Source: Euryarchaeota archaeon UBA59 (GTDB lineage: Archaea > Thermoplasmatota > Poseidoniia > Poseidoniales > Thalassarchaeaceae). Taken from it: a stretch of DNA of 27,017 nucleotides. The notes under the pieces are model-generated. The model did not search any database and had not been told where the DNA came from. It worked only from the letters and a program-made list of their open reading frames with translations. Location of the stretch: the NCBI GenBank assembly GCA_002505495.1, contig DAVI01000033.1, positions 1 through 27,017 on the forward strand. Direction: 5' to 3'. The translations under genes and the position numbers were made by a program. This document shows positions 1 through 8,087 of the stretch, piece by piece. Positions within the stretch are counted from its first letter, which is position 1. Every line of letters starts with the position of its first letter.

Positions 1-578
1 GGTTGGCTCGACTTTGTGATGTTGAGGGTCAAGTCCGCCGCCGAAATCGGTCCGTTCACGAGGTAGGGGAGTGACTCCAAACCGGTGCCATGGCTAACCA
101 CCGCGCCCAACTTGCGAACCGACTCCACCAAGGTCTCCGAATGCCTCCTACGCAGGGTGGCATCACCATCGAGCATCACCGGCGCATCAAGTCTTGCAGC
201 GGCCACTGTCAACAACCGCAGCGCGGTTCCGGAGTTGGCGCAGTTGAGAACGCTGATCGGTCGATTGAAGCCGTGTGCGCCGACGCCGTTCACCGTCCAA
301 ACTCCGGCCTCGCCGCCGACATCGATCTCGACTCCCATCTGGGCGAGGCAGCGGGCCATCGCGACGATGTCCTCCCCTGGCGTTCCATCGAATAGAATCC
401 GCACCGACTTTTCTCCTTGTGCCGCGAGTAGCAGCCAGCGAATCATGTGGCTCTTGGAGGGAGAGAGTCGCCAACTCACGGGGCTGACAACCGCCCTCGG
501 CTCGATGCGAGTGTTTCCACCCCTCCCCTCACTTCCGGGTGAGGAGAACCACGGCTTCCAACTCTCAAGGCCTGCCAT
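1..578 (-). CDS. aroA: EPSP synthase (3-phosphoshikimate 1-carboxyvinyltransferase), 5' part; runs off the left edge; not in the ORF track
   Basis: Manual translation from ATG 578: MAGLESWKPW...LSPSKSHMIRWLLLAA...LNCANSGTALRLL...LDGDATLRRR...ITKSSQ. Matches AroA motifs PxSKS, NxGNSGTAxR, GDxSLxxRP and SSQ. In-frame TAG at 599..597 bounds the start. Confidence 0.92.
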   Translation of the reverse strand, partial: MAGLESWKPWFSSPGSEGRGGNTRIEPRAVVSPVSWRLSPSKSHMIRWLLLAAQGEKSVRILFDGTPGEDIVAMARCLAQMGVEIDVGGEAGVWTVNGVGAHGFNRPISVLNCANSGTALRLLTVAAARLDAPVMLDGDATLRRRHSETLVESVRKLGAVVSHGTGLESLPYLVNGPISAADLTLNITKSSQ

Positions 579-644
579 GCGAATCGCCAACGGATGCTAC
601 CGGCCCGACTACAAGGGGATTACCTTCGTCGCGTATGGCCGTTC

Positions 645-1151
645 TCAAGAGGTCGAAGGTAGGGTTACCGCGGTGATTTCACCAGAACTTCGACCACCCA
701 AGCCCTCGTAGAGGAGTCGGAAAGTCCAGTCCCCCGAGCCGGAGCCAAGGGTGGCAGCGTCGATGACGAAGTAGTCACCTGTGTTGACCGTGAAGCCAGC
801 ATCCCTGTCTTGGAAGGATACGTTACCCCCTGAAATTCCGTACACGTCAGCGTCGGAGGTGAAGCCCGAGATGGTGGTGTAGTTCGAGTCCATTGGTGCG
901 ATGAGCTGAAATTTGCATCGGAAGGTCTCGATTTGCCCTGACATTTCGCTGATGGTCACAACTTGGTAGCCATTGTCGAGCGCCCTGACACTCAATTTGG
1001 CCGTTGGAACCCCTTTGTCCGGAGCCTGTACGCTGGTTGCCATCATCATGTAGACTCCACCAGCGAGCAGTACGGTGATTGCGAGCAGAAGAATCGTTGC
1101 GATTACCGGCGAAACAGCCTCTTCAGCGAGGACTCTTCTATGGTGTCTCAT
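645..1151 (-). CDS. Archaeal type IV pilin (class III signal peptide, DUF1628/Pilin_N-like)
   Basis: MRHHRRVLAEEA|VSPVIATILLLAITVLLAGGVY is a canonical archaeal prepilin N-terminus, followed by a beta-rich domain. Start moved from TTG 1214 to ATG 1151 because GAGGGTGGAGCC precedes it. Confidence 0.85.
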   Translation of the reverse strand: MRHHRRVLAEEAVSPVIATILLLAITVLLAGGVYMMMATSVQAPDKGVPTAKLSVRALDNGYQVVTISEMSGQIETFRCKFQLIAPMDSNYTTISGFTSDADVYGISGGNVSFQDRDAGFTVNTGDYFVIDAATLGSGSGDWTFRLLYEGLGGRSSGEITAVTLPSTS

Positions 1152-1210
1152 GGCTCCACCCTCGCTAGGCGAGAGAATGCTGTCCAGTTTCATGATTATC
1201 CCTGCCGACC

Positions 1211-2014
1211 TCAAATCACACGGTCCACAGTCTCGGGTGTGATTCCTTCCTCTGGAGTCACTCGATAGGTGTAAACCCGTAGGTTCTCCGGCGAATTTCG
1301 GAATTTCCTGATAACCATCCGAGTCTCGAAGGAGTTTCCAAGCTGCTTGACCTCGAATTCGAACACGATGTCCGAAATCAAAGATATCTCCCGCTCGATG
1401 CTATGTGCGACCGTCCCACTCGACACACTGAGGACCAGCAACCCTCGATTGAGTTGGGTGTGGGCCTGCATCACCCGCAACATCGAGATGACTCGTGCCG
1501 CCTCGTTTCTTTGGAAGAAGAAGTCAAGGTTGTCAATTGCGCAGCGGAAGAACGGCCCAAGCTGAGTGACTTGGTTGGCCATCTCAATCAGATAGTCAGT
1601 GGTGTTCTCTTCGACGAATCGGGTCTGTGCAAGTCGCTGTATGTCCTCCATCGAAAAACCTTCCAACCGAAATCGGCTCGCCTCCAACTCTTTCTCAAGA
1701 ACCGCCTCGTTGAACTCCTCTCCAAGGGTTCTCACCATCAGGTCGAGTGGCCACTTGTATCGCCTGTAAACTTGTAAGATCTCGTTCTCGGATTCTGCTG
1801 TTGAGAGCAGGATGGTGTTCTCAGGGTCTTCCGCAACCGATGCGAATTGCTTCATGAAGAGGTCCATTCCAGCGCCAGGTTCCCCAATGCAGAGAATAGT
1901 GAAGCCGCGTGGAATGCCTCCATTCATCATCTTGTCCAACTTAGGAGAACCAATGCTCCCCAAGTCGCCGAAGAACTCGACATCATCAGGGTCGAAATCA
2001 ATCTTGCGTGCCAT
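1211..2014 (-). CDS. KaiC/RAD55-family single-domain ATPase homolog with degenerate Walker A
   Basis: GSPKLDKMMNGGIPRG entry motif; P-loop GEPGAGMD (aa 44-51, K/T replaced by M/D); Walker B RCAIDN; ISLISD; RKFRNS arginine-finger segment; SD GGAGGTG 8 nt upstream. Confidence 0.85.
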   Translation of the reverse strand: MARKIDFDPDDVEFFGDLGSIGSPKLDKMMNGGIPRGFTILCIGEPGAGMDLFMKQFASVAEDPENTILLSTAESENEILQVYRRYKWPLDLMVRTLGEEFNEAVLEKELEASRFRLEGFSMEDIQRLAQTRFVEENTTDYLIEMANQVTQLGPFFRCAIDNLDFFFQRNEAARVISMLRVMQAHTQLNRGLLVLSVSSGTVAHSIEREISLISDIVFEFEVKQLGNSFETRMVIRKFRNSPENLRVYTYRVTPEEGITPETVDRVI

Positions 2015-2116
2015 CTACCACTCACCTCCGGATTCTTCACCTTGCATACTATGCCGGGCCCGCCCTACGTTGAGGCGCATCAGCGCAGTCGTCCAGTTGG
2101 ATGCCAGCCCTTTCAT
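2015..2116 (-). CDS. Candidate 33-aa small ORF MKGLASNWTTALMRLNVGRARHSMQGEESGGEW
   Basis: GAGGTG (overlapping the upstream TGA) lies 5 nt before ATG 2116. Its TAG (2017..2015) directly abuts the next ATG. No recognisable motif. Confidence 0.3.
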   Translation of the reverse strand: MKGLASNWTTALMRLNVGRARHSMQGEESGGEW

Positions 2117-2125
2117 TGACACACC

Positions 2126-2710
2126 TCAGGAGATGACCACCTGGCCCCGGTCGATGAGGTCGGTGCAGTAGAGGTCGAGGTTAGCGAGGACACTCGGCGG
2201 TGTCTGGTCGGGGACGGTCACGACGGCGGTGAGCACATCTCGGGCGCGGAAGGTGTTGATGAAGGTGTGAAGGTACTCAGCCAACATCCGCTCTTCGTTG
2301 TAGATTGCAAGTGCGTTGACCGAATCCAACACGACGAAGTTCTGCTCAGTCGGCATCTGCCGTAGATGGAACAGGGTTCGCAGCAGAATGCTCTCTAGCA
2401 TGATTGGGCTGTCGATGTAGGAGATGTTCGTGTATGGGTTATCAGTCCCTCCCAAGAGTGCGGAAGAAACACAGTCGATGAATTGGATTGAGCCGAGCGG
2501 CACTCCTATCTCAGTCAGCGTGTCGATGAGTTCAGGTGCCGGCCGACTCGCTGAAATGTAGATGCCGCCCATTTCAAACTCTGTCACGAGCGGCTCAAGC
2601 AGCGAGGCGGTCACGAGGAATGCGTTGCTCGTCCCACAGCGTACCTGTAGAGACGAGTTGAGGGTGATCTCAGTCAGTTGCTCGGCAATTCTCTGGTCGA
2701 GTTCAATCAT
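2126..2710 (-). CDS. Inactivated RecA/KaiC-fold protein (DUF835/DUF7504-like)
   Basis: No P-loop, but retains GIYISASRP, FIDCVS and the Walker-B-like FVVLDSVNAL; 4-nt overlap with the upstream KaiC gene. Confidence 0.7.
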   Translation of the reverse strand: MIELDQRIAEQLTEITLNSSLQVRCGTSNAFLVTASLLEPLVTEFEMGGIYISASRPAPELIDTLTEIGVPLGSIQFIDCVSSALLGGTDNPYTNISYIDSPIMLESILLRTLFHLRQMPTEQNFVVLDSVNALAIYNEERMLAEYLHTFINTFRARDVLTAVVTVPDQTPPSVLANLDLYCTDLIDRGQVVIS

Positions 2711-3468
2711 CTAGAACCAACCCCCCACTTCAGCATCGGAGTCAGCATCACTCCCATCGGAGTCAACTCGACAGCGTATTTTGCGCGCGAGTGGTCCGTG
2801 CCGCGCATCTTGATGACCTGAATGTAACGTAACAGGTGACCCATCCTGTCGATGTCACCCAACACCATGATGCCGTCCAGAATTGCCTCCTCCACACCGA
2901 AGGAGGACCAGTGCGCCTTGGCTCCCGCGCTGGTAATCTCAGCGACTAGGAACGAGGTGCAACCTTGGGTAGCTAGGGTCTTTCCTAGCGTGAACAGGAA
3001 GTCCCGGATGAGCTGGTCGTTGGGAACCTTGTAACAGAGGGTGGTGACCGAGTCAATCACCAGTCGGGTGACTCCGATGGTGTTGACGATGTCCGTGATG
3101 GCTTTCACCAGAGCGTCGATGTCATCTCTGTCGAAGGTCGCCTTCGTCAGCCCGAGCCACGAATATAGCACATCCATGTCGAATACATTGATGAGCCCCT
3201 TGTCGACCATCTCCATATCGAAAAATGAGTACTGTCTAACGTTCTCCAGCAACTTCACCGATGGCTCAGTCGCTGCGAAGTAGGCACACGCCTCACCCAT
3301 CTGCGCACCGTGGACGAGGAACTCGATGCACATCGTCGTCTTGCCAGAACCGCAGGTACCACCGATGAGTACCGTCGAGCCATAGGGAACCCCGCCACGG
3401 AGAATTTCATCCAAGCCGTGGATGCCTGTAACGCACCTGTCACGAGTGTACTGTGGTGTGCCGAACAT
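2707..3468 (-). CDS. KaiC/RAD55-family single-domain ATPase, intact
   Basis: TGIHGLDEILRGG, Walker A GTCGSGKT (aa 37-44), Walker B RLVIDS, GVEEAILDG, IKMRGT arginine finger. Confidence 0.92.
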   Translation of the reverse strand: MFGTPQYTRDRCVTGIHGLDEILRGGVPYGSTVLIGGTCGSGKTTMCIEFLVHGAQMGEACAYFAATEPSVKLLENVRQYSFFDMEMVDKGLINVFDMDVLYSWLGLTKATFDRDDIDALVKAITDIVNTIGVTRLVIDSVTTLCYKVPNDQLIRDFLFTLGKTLATQGCTSFLVAEITSAGAKAHWSSFGVEEAILDGIMVLGDIDRMGHLLRYIQVIKMRGTDHSRAKYAVELTPMGVMLTPMLKWGVGSR

Positions 3469-3500
3469 CTGAACCGAGATTCCTACCGTCCGACCCCTCC

Positions 3501-3506
3501 TAATAA
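3501..3506 (-). promoter_or_regulatory. Candidate TATA box for the KaiC genes
   Basis: TTATTA on the minus strand about 33 nt upstream of ATG 3468; the only AT-rich patch in this gap. Confidence 0.35.
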
Positions 3507-3561
3507 CTCGTTGGCGAAAAGCGGCTGAGATGGTTAGGATGAGAAGCCAAACGGATATCCG

Positions 3562-4671
3562 TCAGCGTACCCCGGGCGTGCCGCCGGAGACCCGGTCCCA
3601 ACTGGTTGAATTTTCAAGTTCACCACCATTCCAGTCGAGCGCTTGGTCACCGATTATTCCCCATGAGGTGTCCCAAGGCACCTCTTGGACGATGCTCGTC
3701 TCCGCACTACCGGGTGGATTCCATGTGAGTTGCAAGGTGTCAGTGTAGTTCCGCAAACCGTCGATTGCACCCCTGCCGAGGACTCCGGATGTGCCAAGGT
3801 CGAGGAGGATTACTGATCCTCCATTCTCCTGCAGAGAGGGCCGCCCCGAACAGAGCAATACCTCGCCGCCGGCAAGCGCTCCATCACCAATCAGGGAGTG
3901 AACCCCCCCTTCGGTCGTCCGCCCAAGTCCCCAGCCGGTCAAATTGGTCGCAAATCCGTCAGGATTCTGTAGCTCGACCCATTCCGGGAATCCGATTATT
4001 GGCTCTACCATGAACTCGGTGATGATGAGGTCGGTGGGCGTGCGCCCAGCGTCGTGTACCTCAAAGGTGATTTGCAGTGTTTCTCCGTCTGCCATCATCA
4101 GTCTGTTAGTGGTGGCGCTGTTGCCCGCTGAGCGACGGCTTGCGCCATCTTGAAAGAGCAAGATTCCGATGCGCTCGCTGTCTTCGCTTTCCACCACCTT
4201 CACGGTGAGGTTAACGCTGCACCAATCGGGAAGTCCGAGGCCACGGATGAACTGGTCTTGGGTGACATTAGAGAGGGCTGCCAACCGGCTTTCGTCTAGT
4301 TTTCCGAAGGCCCCCGAGAGACCCGGTTGCAAGTCGCCGCGGAGGAGGACGCTGGCGTTCAGCAGGTGCCAGTCCGCGGTAGCGTTGGAAATGTCCCGAT
4401 CTCCATAGGAGTCGAGGGGAACGAACCAGCCAGGGTCAGAAGTGAGTTTCTGGATGCTCTGGAGCGCATATTCGTCGAGTTGGTCTGACTTTGGATGGTT
4501 TGAGCCCAACATCAAGCCCGACAGGCTGAGAAAAGCGGTTACGATGATGAGAAACAGAACGAAAGCTGTCAGGAACTCGATGACCGCGGTGATGGCCTCC
4601 TCAGACGCCCGCAGGTCGTCCTCCTTCCGCTGCAGCCTTTGCACGCTACTGCCACACCGTCCAACAGCCAT
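3562..4671 (-). CDS. Prepilin-like (minor pilin) protein with C-terminal lamin-tail domain
   Basis: ASEEA|ITAVIEFLTAFVLFLIIV class III-like signal; C-terminal LIITEFMV...EWVELQNP...NLTGWGL fits the lamin-tail (LTD) signature. Start could be GTG 4644. Confidence 0.7.
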   Translation of the reverse strand: MAVGRCGSSVQRLQRKEDDLRASEEAITAVIEFLTAFVLFLIIVTAFLSLSGLMLGSNHPKSDQLDEYALQSIQKLTSDPGWFVPLDSYGDRDISNATADWHLLNASVLLRGDLQPGLSGAFGKLDESRLAALSNVTQDQFIRGLGLPDWCSVNLTVKVVESEDSERIGILLFQDGASRRSAGNSATTNRLMMADGETLQITFEVHDAGRTPTDLIITEFMVEPIIGFPEWVELQNPDGFATNLTGWGLGRTTEGGVHSLIGDGALAGGEVLLCSGRPSLQENGGSVILLDLGTSGVLGRGAIDGLRNYTDTLQLTWNPPGSAETSIVQEVPWDTSWGIIGDQALDWNGGELENSTSWDRVSGGTPGVR

Positions 4672-4692
4672 GAAACCTATGCCATGGACCGG

Positions 4693-4723
4693 TTCTGTTC
4701 CCTCACTTCCAAAGCGAACAGAA
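4693..4723. repeat. Perfect 8-bp inverted repeat with 15-nt spacer
   Basis: TTCTGTTC (4693-4700) and GAACAGAA (4716-4723) in the divergent intergenic region. Function unproven. Confidence 0.55.
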
Positions 4724-4752
4724 ACTGCCGAAACTCACACGCTCCGCCGTGC

Positions 4753-4760
4753 CCTATTTA
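4753..4760 (+). promoter_or_regulatory. Candidate TATA box CCTATTTA
   Basis: Ends 26 nt before ATG 4786; identical octamer and spacing recur at 19316-19323. Confidence 0.5.
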
Positions 4761-4785
4761 CGCCTCCCTAGGTTTAGGTTGGCTC

Positions 4786-7683
4786 ATGCGTGGGAGCGCG
4801 AGCCAGCGAGCGCGTCGCCGCGGAGCGGCGCAGTCACTCGTTATGTTGATGCTGTTCAGCAGTCTGCTCGCCCTCGTCCCCGCGACCTCGGCCTCCGGCG
4901 TCACAGGTAACCTTGCACTGGTCGAAGGATTAGATCCCATGCCGAATGCGACATACGACAGGGACACCTCGTTTATCGTGCCGAAGGCCATCGTTTACAA
5001 CGACCAGATGTCCACTCATGCATCGAGGCAGATTCGTTGGGAGATCTGTGCTGGCGACTATACTGCAGCACTCGATTGCCCCGGCAACCCTTCTAACGGA
5101 CTGACGAGCACCGGCAGTGTTCCAGGATATCAGAATGTCACAGTTACCTTCAGCAGTAATTTCTACCAGCCATTGGTTGCGGGCATCCATACAGCGGTCT
5201 TCTTCTTCGCTCTGACCGATAATAACGCCACTGATGACAAGTTGGCCTACACGTTCAATGTCTCAGCTCCGCTGCGGGACATCTCTGTGAATCAAGTCAA
5301 CTTCGACGAGAGTCAAGTCTACAACAGCAATGCATCCTATCCGATTTCAGTCGATTTTTACCGCCGTTCCTGGGAAATGGGGAATAATGCCACCTTCGGC
5401 TGGAGGCTTTACGATAACGGCAGCGAGATTGCATCTGAGTCAATTGTAACGATTCCCCCGGGAGCGACTGACCAGCATTATGTTCCCTGGATGCCAGACC
5501 TTGTCGTCCCTTACCCCGGAATCTTCGTCTTGGAGGTTGGTCTGCTTTCATCGCCTTGGGACATGAACGAATGGAACAACCTCGTTTCATTTACCCTCGA
5601 AGTGAACGATGACTTGGACGTCTGGGTTGAGACCATCGAACCGGCCCGTGGTTCGGGAGAGACCATTGAGGTGCAAGGGCAGAACAACACCCTCTATCCC
5701 TACGGTATCAACTCGATTAGAGTCAAGGTTGGCAACATCGGTCATGTTCTGGTGAATACAACCGTCTTGTTGTCCATTTTCGACTTGAATGGGATTTTAC
5801 TCGATGGTCCGACGGAATGCAATGTCACGATGACACCAGGTGAGCCGGCTATTTGCATCTATGAGATGCCGCTTACGGGGGAATTCATCTTGAATGCCTC
5901 ATTCCCCTTCGACATCGAAAGCCTTGACATCAATCCATCCGACAACTGGTTTGAGGTCGAAATCAGCAGCAGATTCATCAGCGCCAATCCGTCGATCAGC
6001 AACCCTACGGAGGGAGAGCGATTCGACTCAGGAGATGAGATACTATTCATTGGCCAGGTGAGTCAGATGTCAGCCATGCCACTGAACTTCACCTGGCGTC
6101 TAAACTATGAGGAGTTGATTGGCTACGGTCAGGTTTTCACCACTTCTCTACCGATGGGGGAGTGGCTGGTCACACTGACGACCAGAGACGCAAATGGCGA
6201 ACTCCAGACCGGAGTTCGAACAATTCGGATCCAAAACCGGATTTCACTCACCTCACTGCCATGGGTGGTCGGCGGTGAATCGGTCATGGGTGTGGAGATT
6301 GACTATCAGTTCAATGAACCGACATATCCTCCTGAAGGGTTCCAATACGAAGCAATTGAGTCCGAGGGGCTCTCCCCACTCCGTGTCCTCGACATTGACC
6401 TTGAACCGTTGGATTCGACCGTGGCCGATCCGGGAATCATCTTTACCGAGTCATGGATAGACCTCTCTTATCTACTTCCGATAGGATTTGACAGGAATTC
6501 GATTCGAGTTTATCGAATGACCTCCCTCGAGAGCGCCTTGGTTGAGGAAATCGAGTACCCGAGTACAGTCATCATTATTCCAGAAAATGACACATTGCTC
6601 CTCTATGACGAGGAGTTCACAAACGGACTCTACATGATTGCAGGCGATTTGCAACCAGCAAATGTCAGCGCCAACAATTTCCACATCGAACAGGGTGTGG
6701 GAGGTGGGATGACCCTCGTTTGGAGCCCGGAAGGTGACTTGGACAACCCCTACTTCGGAGGCTGGAGAATTTACCGTAGGACAACATATCCCTTTTTCTG
6801 GCCCTACGACACCGAGACACAATTCTGGTCCGTTGTAGGCACAGAAGTCGGCGACCTCGCCCCTCACGACTCAAGTTGGGTCGACCCCACGCCACTGCAG
6901 GATGGCACTTGCGCATCCTACCTAATCATCGCTCTCGACCGACAGTCGAATCCAGACCACACGCATGGCGCCGCTGCCGGCTTCGACGGCACCGATGTTG
7001 AATGGCAGTGCGGAGATGCGACTCCACCCCACATCGAAGTTGAAGACCTAGACTACAACCTCACCTTCGACAACAGTTCGGGACAGAACATCCACCATCT
7101 GAATGTCACTTGGACTTGGCCTGATTATGGGGTTGAAGAGAATGTCACTTGGATACTATATCGAGTCGAGGTCGTCCCGAGTTCACTCACTTGGATGGCG
7201 CCGATAGCGACCGGTCTTTCGGGTGAAACCGGTGAAGAGGCACGATTTCACGAGTGGGAGGGTCCGGCTCAGCACAGACTGAAGGTCGAGCGGACTTACA
7301 ACTACATCCTTCTGCCCGTCGACTCGGTAGGAAATGTCGACTATGCCCCTCTTGAGAATAACATCATCAGCGTCACCATCGAAAACCAATTCTGGGACTA
7401 CAACTCCCATCTAATTCCCATCCCCCCTCCCGAGGCGCCTCCACCTTACGGAATTCCATGGTTGAGAACACTATACGACTATCTCGATATCGGCGCATTC
7501 ACTATGACCGCGATGATGGCCTTCAGTATCCTGCTGCTCAATGTGGTGATGATTCCAGTGATAATCAATCAGACTCGCGGAGTGCGCCGCAGAATCAAGC
7601 GGGCGAAGTGGGAGTCCCAGGCGGAGCGAGAAGCGATGATGGCCGATGAGATGGGCGACGAACTCGAGGACCTCTTCTACTGA
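4786..7683 (+). CDS. Large membrane-anchored surface protein (signal peptide, three CARDB-like Ig domains, PKD-like and FN3-like domains, C-terminal TM helix)
   Basis: MRGSASQRARRRGAAQSLVMLMLFSSLLALVPATSA signal; domains ending DNNATDD, DMNEWNN, DINPSDN; YLIIALDRQSN and YILLPVDSVGN FN3-like ends; TM AFTMTAMMAFSILLLNVVMIPVII; many N-x-S/T sequons. Start moved from 4639 to 4786. Confidence 0.85.
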   Translation: MRGSASQRARRRGAAQSLVMLMLFSSLLALVPATSASGVTGNLALVEGLDPMPNATYDRDTSFIVPKAIVYNDQMSTHASRQIRWEICAGDYTAALDCPGNPSNGLTSTGSVPGYQNVTVTFSSNFYQPLVAGIHTAVFFFALTDNNATDDKLAYTFNVSAPLRDISVNQVNFDESQVYNSNASYPISVDFYRRSWEMGNNATFGWRLYDNGSEIASESIVTIPPGATDQHYVPWMPDLVVPYPGIFVLEVGLLSSPWDMNEWNNLVSFTLEVNDDLDVWVETIEPARGSGETIEVQGQNNTLYPYGINSIRVKVGNIGHVLVNTTVLLSIFDLNGILLDGPTECNVTMTPGEPAICIYEMPLTGEFILNASFPFDIESLDINPSDNWFEVEISSRFISANPSISNPTEGERFDSGDEILFIGQVSQMSAMPLNFTWRLNYEELIGYGQVFTTSLPMGEWLVTLTTRDANGELQTGVRTIRIQNRISLTSLPWVVGGESVMGVEIDYQFNEPTYPPEGFQYEAIESEGLSPLRVLDIDLEPLDSTVADPGIIFTESWIDLSYLLPIGFDRNSIRVYRMTSLESALVEEIEYPSTVIIIPENDTLLLYDEEFTNGLYMIAGDLQPANVSANNFHIEQGVGGGMTLVWSPEGDLDNPYFGGWRIYRRTTYPFFWPYDTETQFWSVVGTEVGDLAPHDSSWVDPTPLQDGTCASYLIIALDRQSNPDHTHGAAAGFDGTDVEWQCGDATPPHIEVEDLDYNLTFDNSSGQNIHHLNVTWTWPDYGVEENVTWILYRVEVVPSSLTWMAPIATGLSGETGEEARFHEWEGPAQHRLKVERTYNYILLPVDSVGNVDYAPLENNIISVTIENQFWDYNSHLIPIPPPEAPPPYGIPWLRTLYDYLDIGAFTMTAMMAFSILLLNVVMIPVIINQTRGVRRRIKRAKWESQAEREAMMADEMGDELEDLFY

Positions 7684-7840
7684 CCTCGATGTCGGAAAAT
7701 GTTCACCTCCTGAAGGGACCATCTTCGACGGAACCCCTTGGTAGTGTCTGGATGAAAGAAATGGAGCGAGGTCATGCGAGGGACTGTAGCCAGTTGGTGG
7801 GTTTTCAAGGTCGATTCGGTGTCCTCTTGTACAGTTTGGC

Positions 7841-7845
7841 TTAAG
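7841..7845 (+). promoter_or_regulatory. Candidate TATA-like element of tRNA-Ser
   Basis: TTAAG ending 27 nt upstream of the tRNA 5' end. Confidence 0.3.
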
Positions 7846-7872
7846 TCGGGTGGGCCGGTGGCCCGGCTCGCT

Positions 7873-7955
7873 GCGACGATCGCATAGCCTGGCCATTGCG
7901 CCGGATTGCTAATCCGGTGGGTTCACCCACGGGAGTTCGAATCTCCCTCGTCGCG
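7873..7955 (+). tRNA. tRNA-Ser (anticodon GCT)
   Basis: Acceptor GCGACGA/TCGTCGC, anticodon arm CCGGA-TTGCTAA-TCCGG, long variable arm TGGGTTCACCCA, T arm GGGAG-TTCGAAT-CTCCC, G discriminator; no intron; CCA not fully encoded. Confidence 0.97.
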
Positions 7956-8087
7956 CCTTCAACTCTCTCCAATTACATTCGTTGTACGGAGAATTGTTTG
8001 CGGTGGATATTGCGCAAAGGTCAGCCCAGAGAGGAAGGTGTGGTCAGAAGTTAAGGTTCACTTCTAAGAGGTGACCGCCTGACGGTT

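Noticed and set aside
85-711. Plus-strand ORFs (208, 101, 70 aa) at the window start
   Set aside because: Antisense shadows of aroA, which shows clear motifs on the minus strand.
2015-2017. Pyrrolysine readthrough of the TAG joining the small ORF to KaiC
   Set aside because: The downstream ATG has its own strong SD, and no pyl genes are visible.
1211-3468. Cyanobacterial-type circadian clock
   Set aside because: Single-domain proteins with no kaiA or kaiB in the window; KaiC-like ATPases are widespread in archaea without a shown clock function.
3551-3562. 12-bp palindrome ACGGATATCCGT
   Set aside because: Single occurrence overlapping a stop codon; no supporting context.
4786-7683. Apparently lower GC in the surface-protein gene as a sign of horizontal transfer
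   Set aside because: Only spot-checked; explainable by Asn/Ile/Phe/Tyr-rich composition; no mobility genes or flanking repeats.
7873-7955. tRNA genes as integration sites (also 24549-24626)
   Set aside because: No integrase and no duplicated tRNA 3' end noticed; flanks are housekeeping genes.
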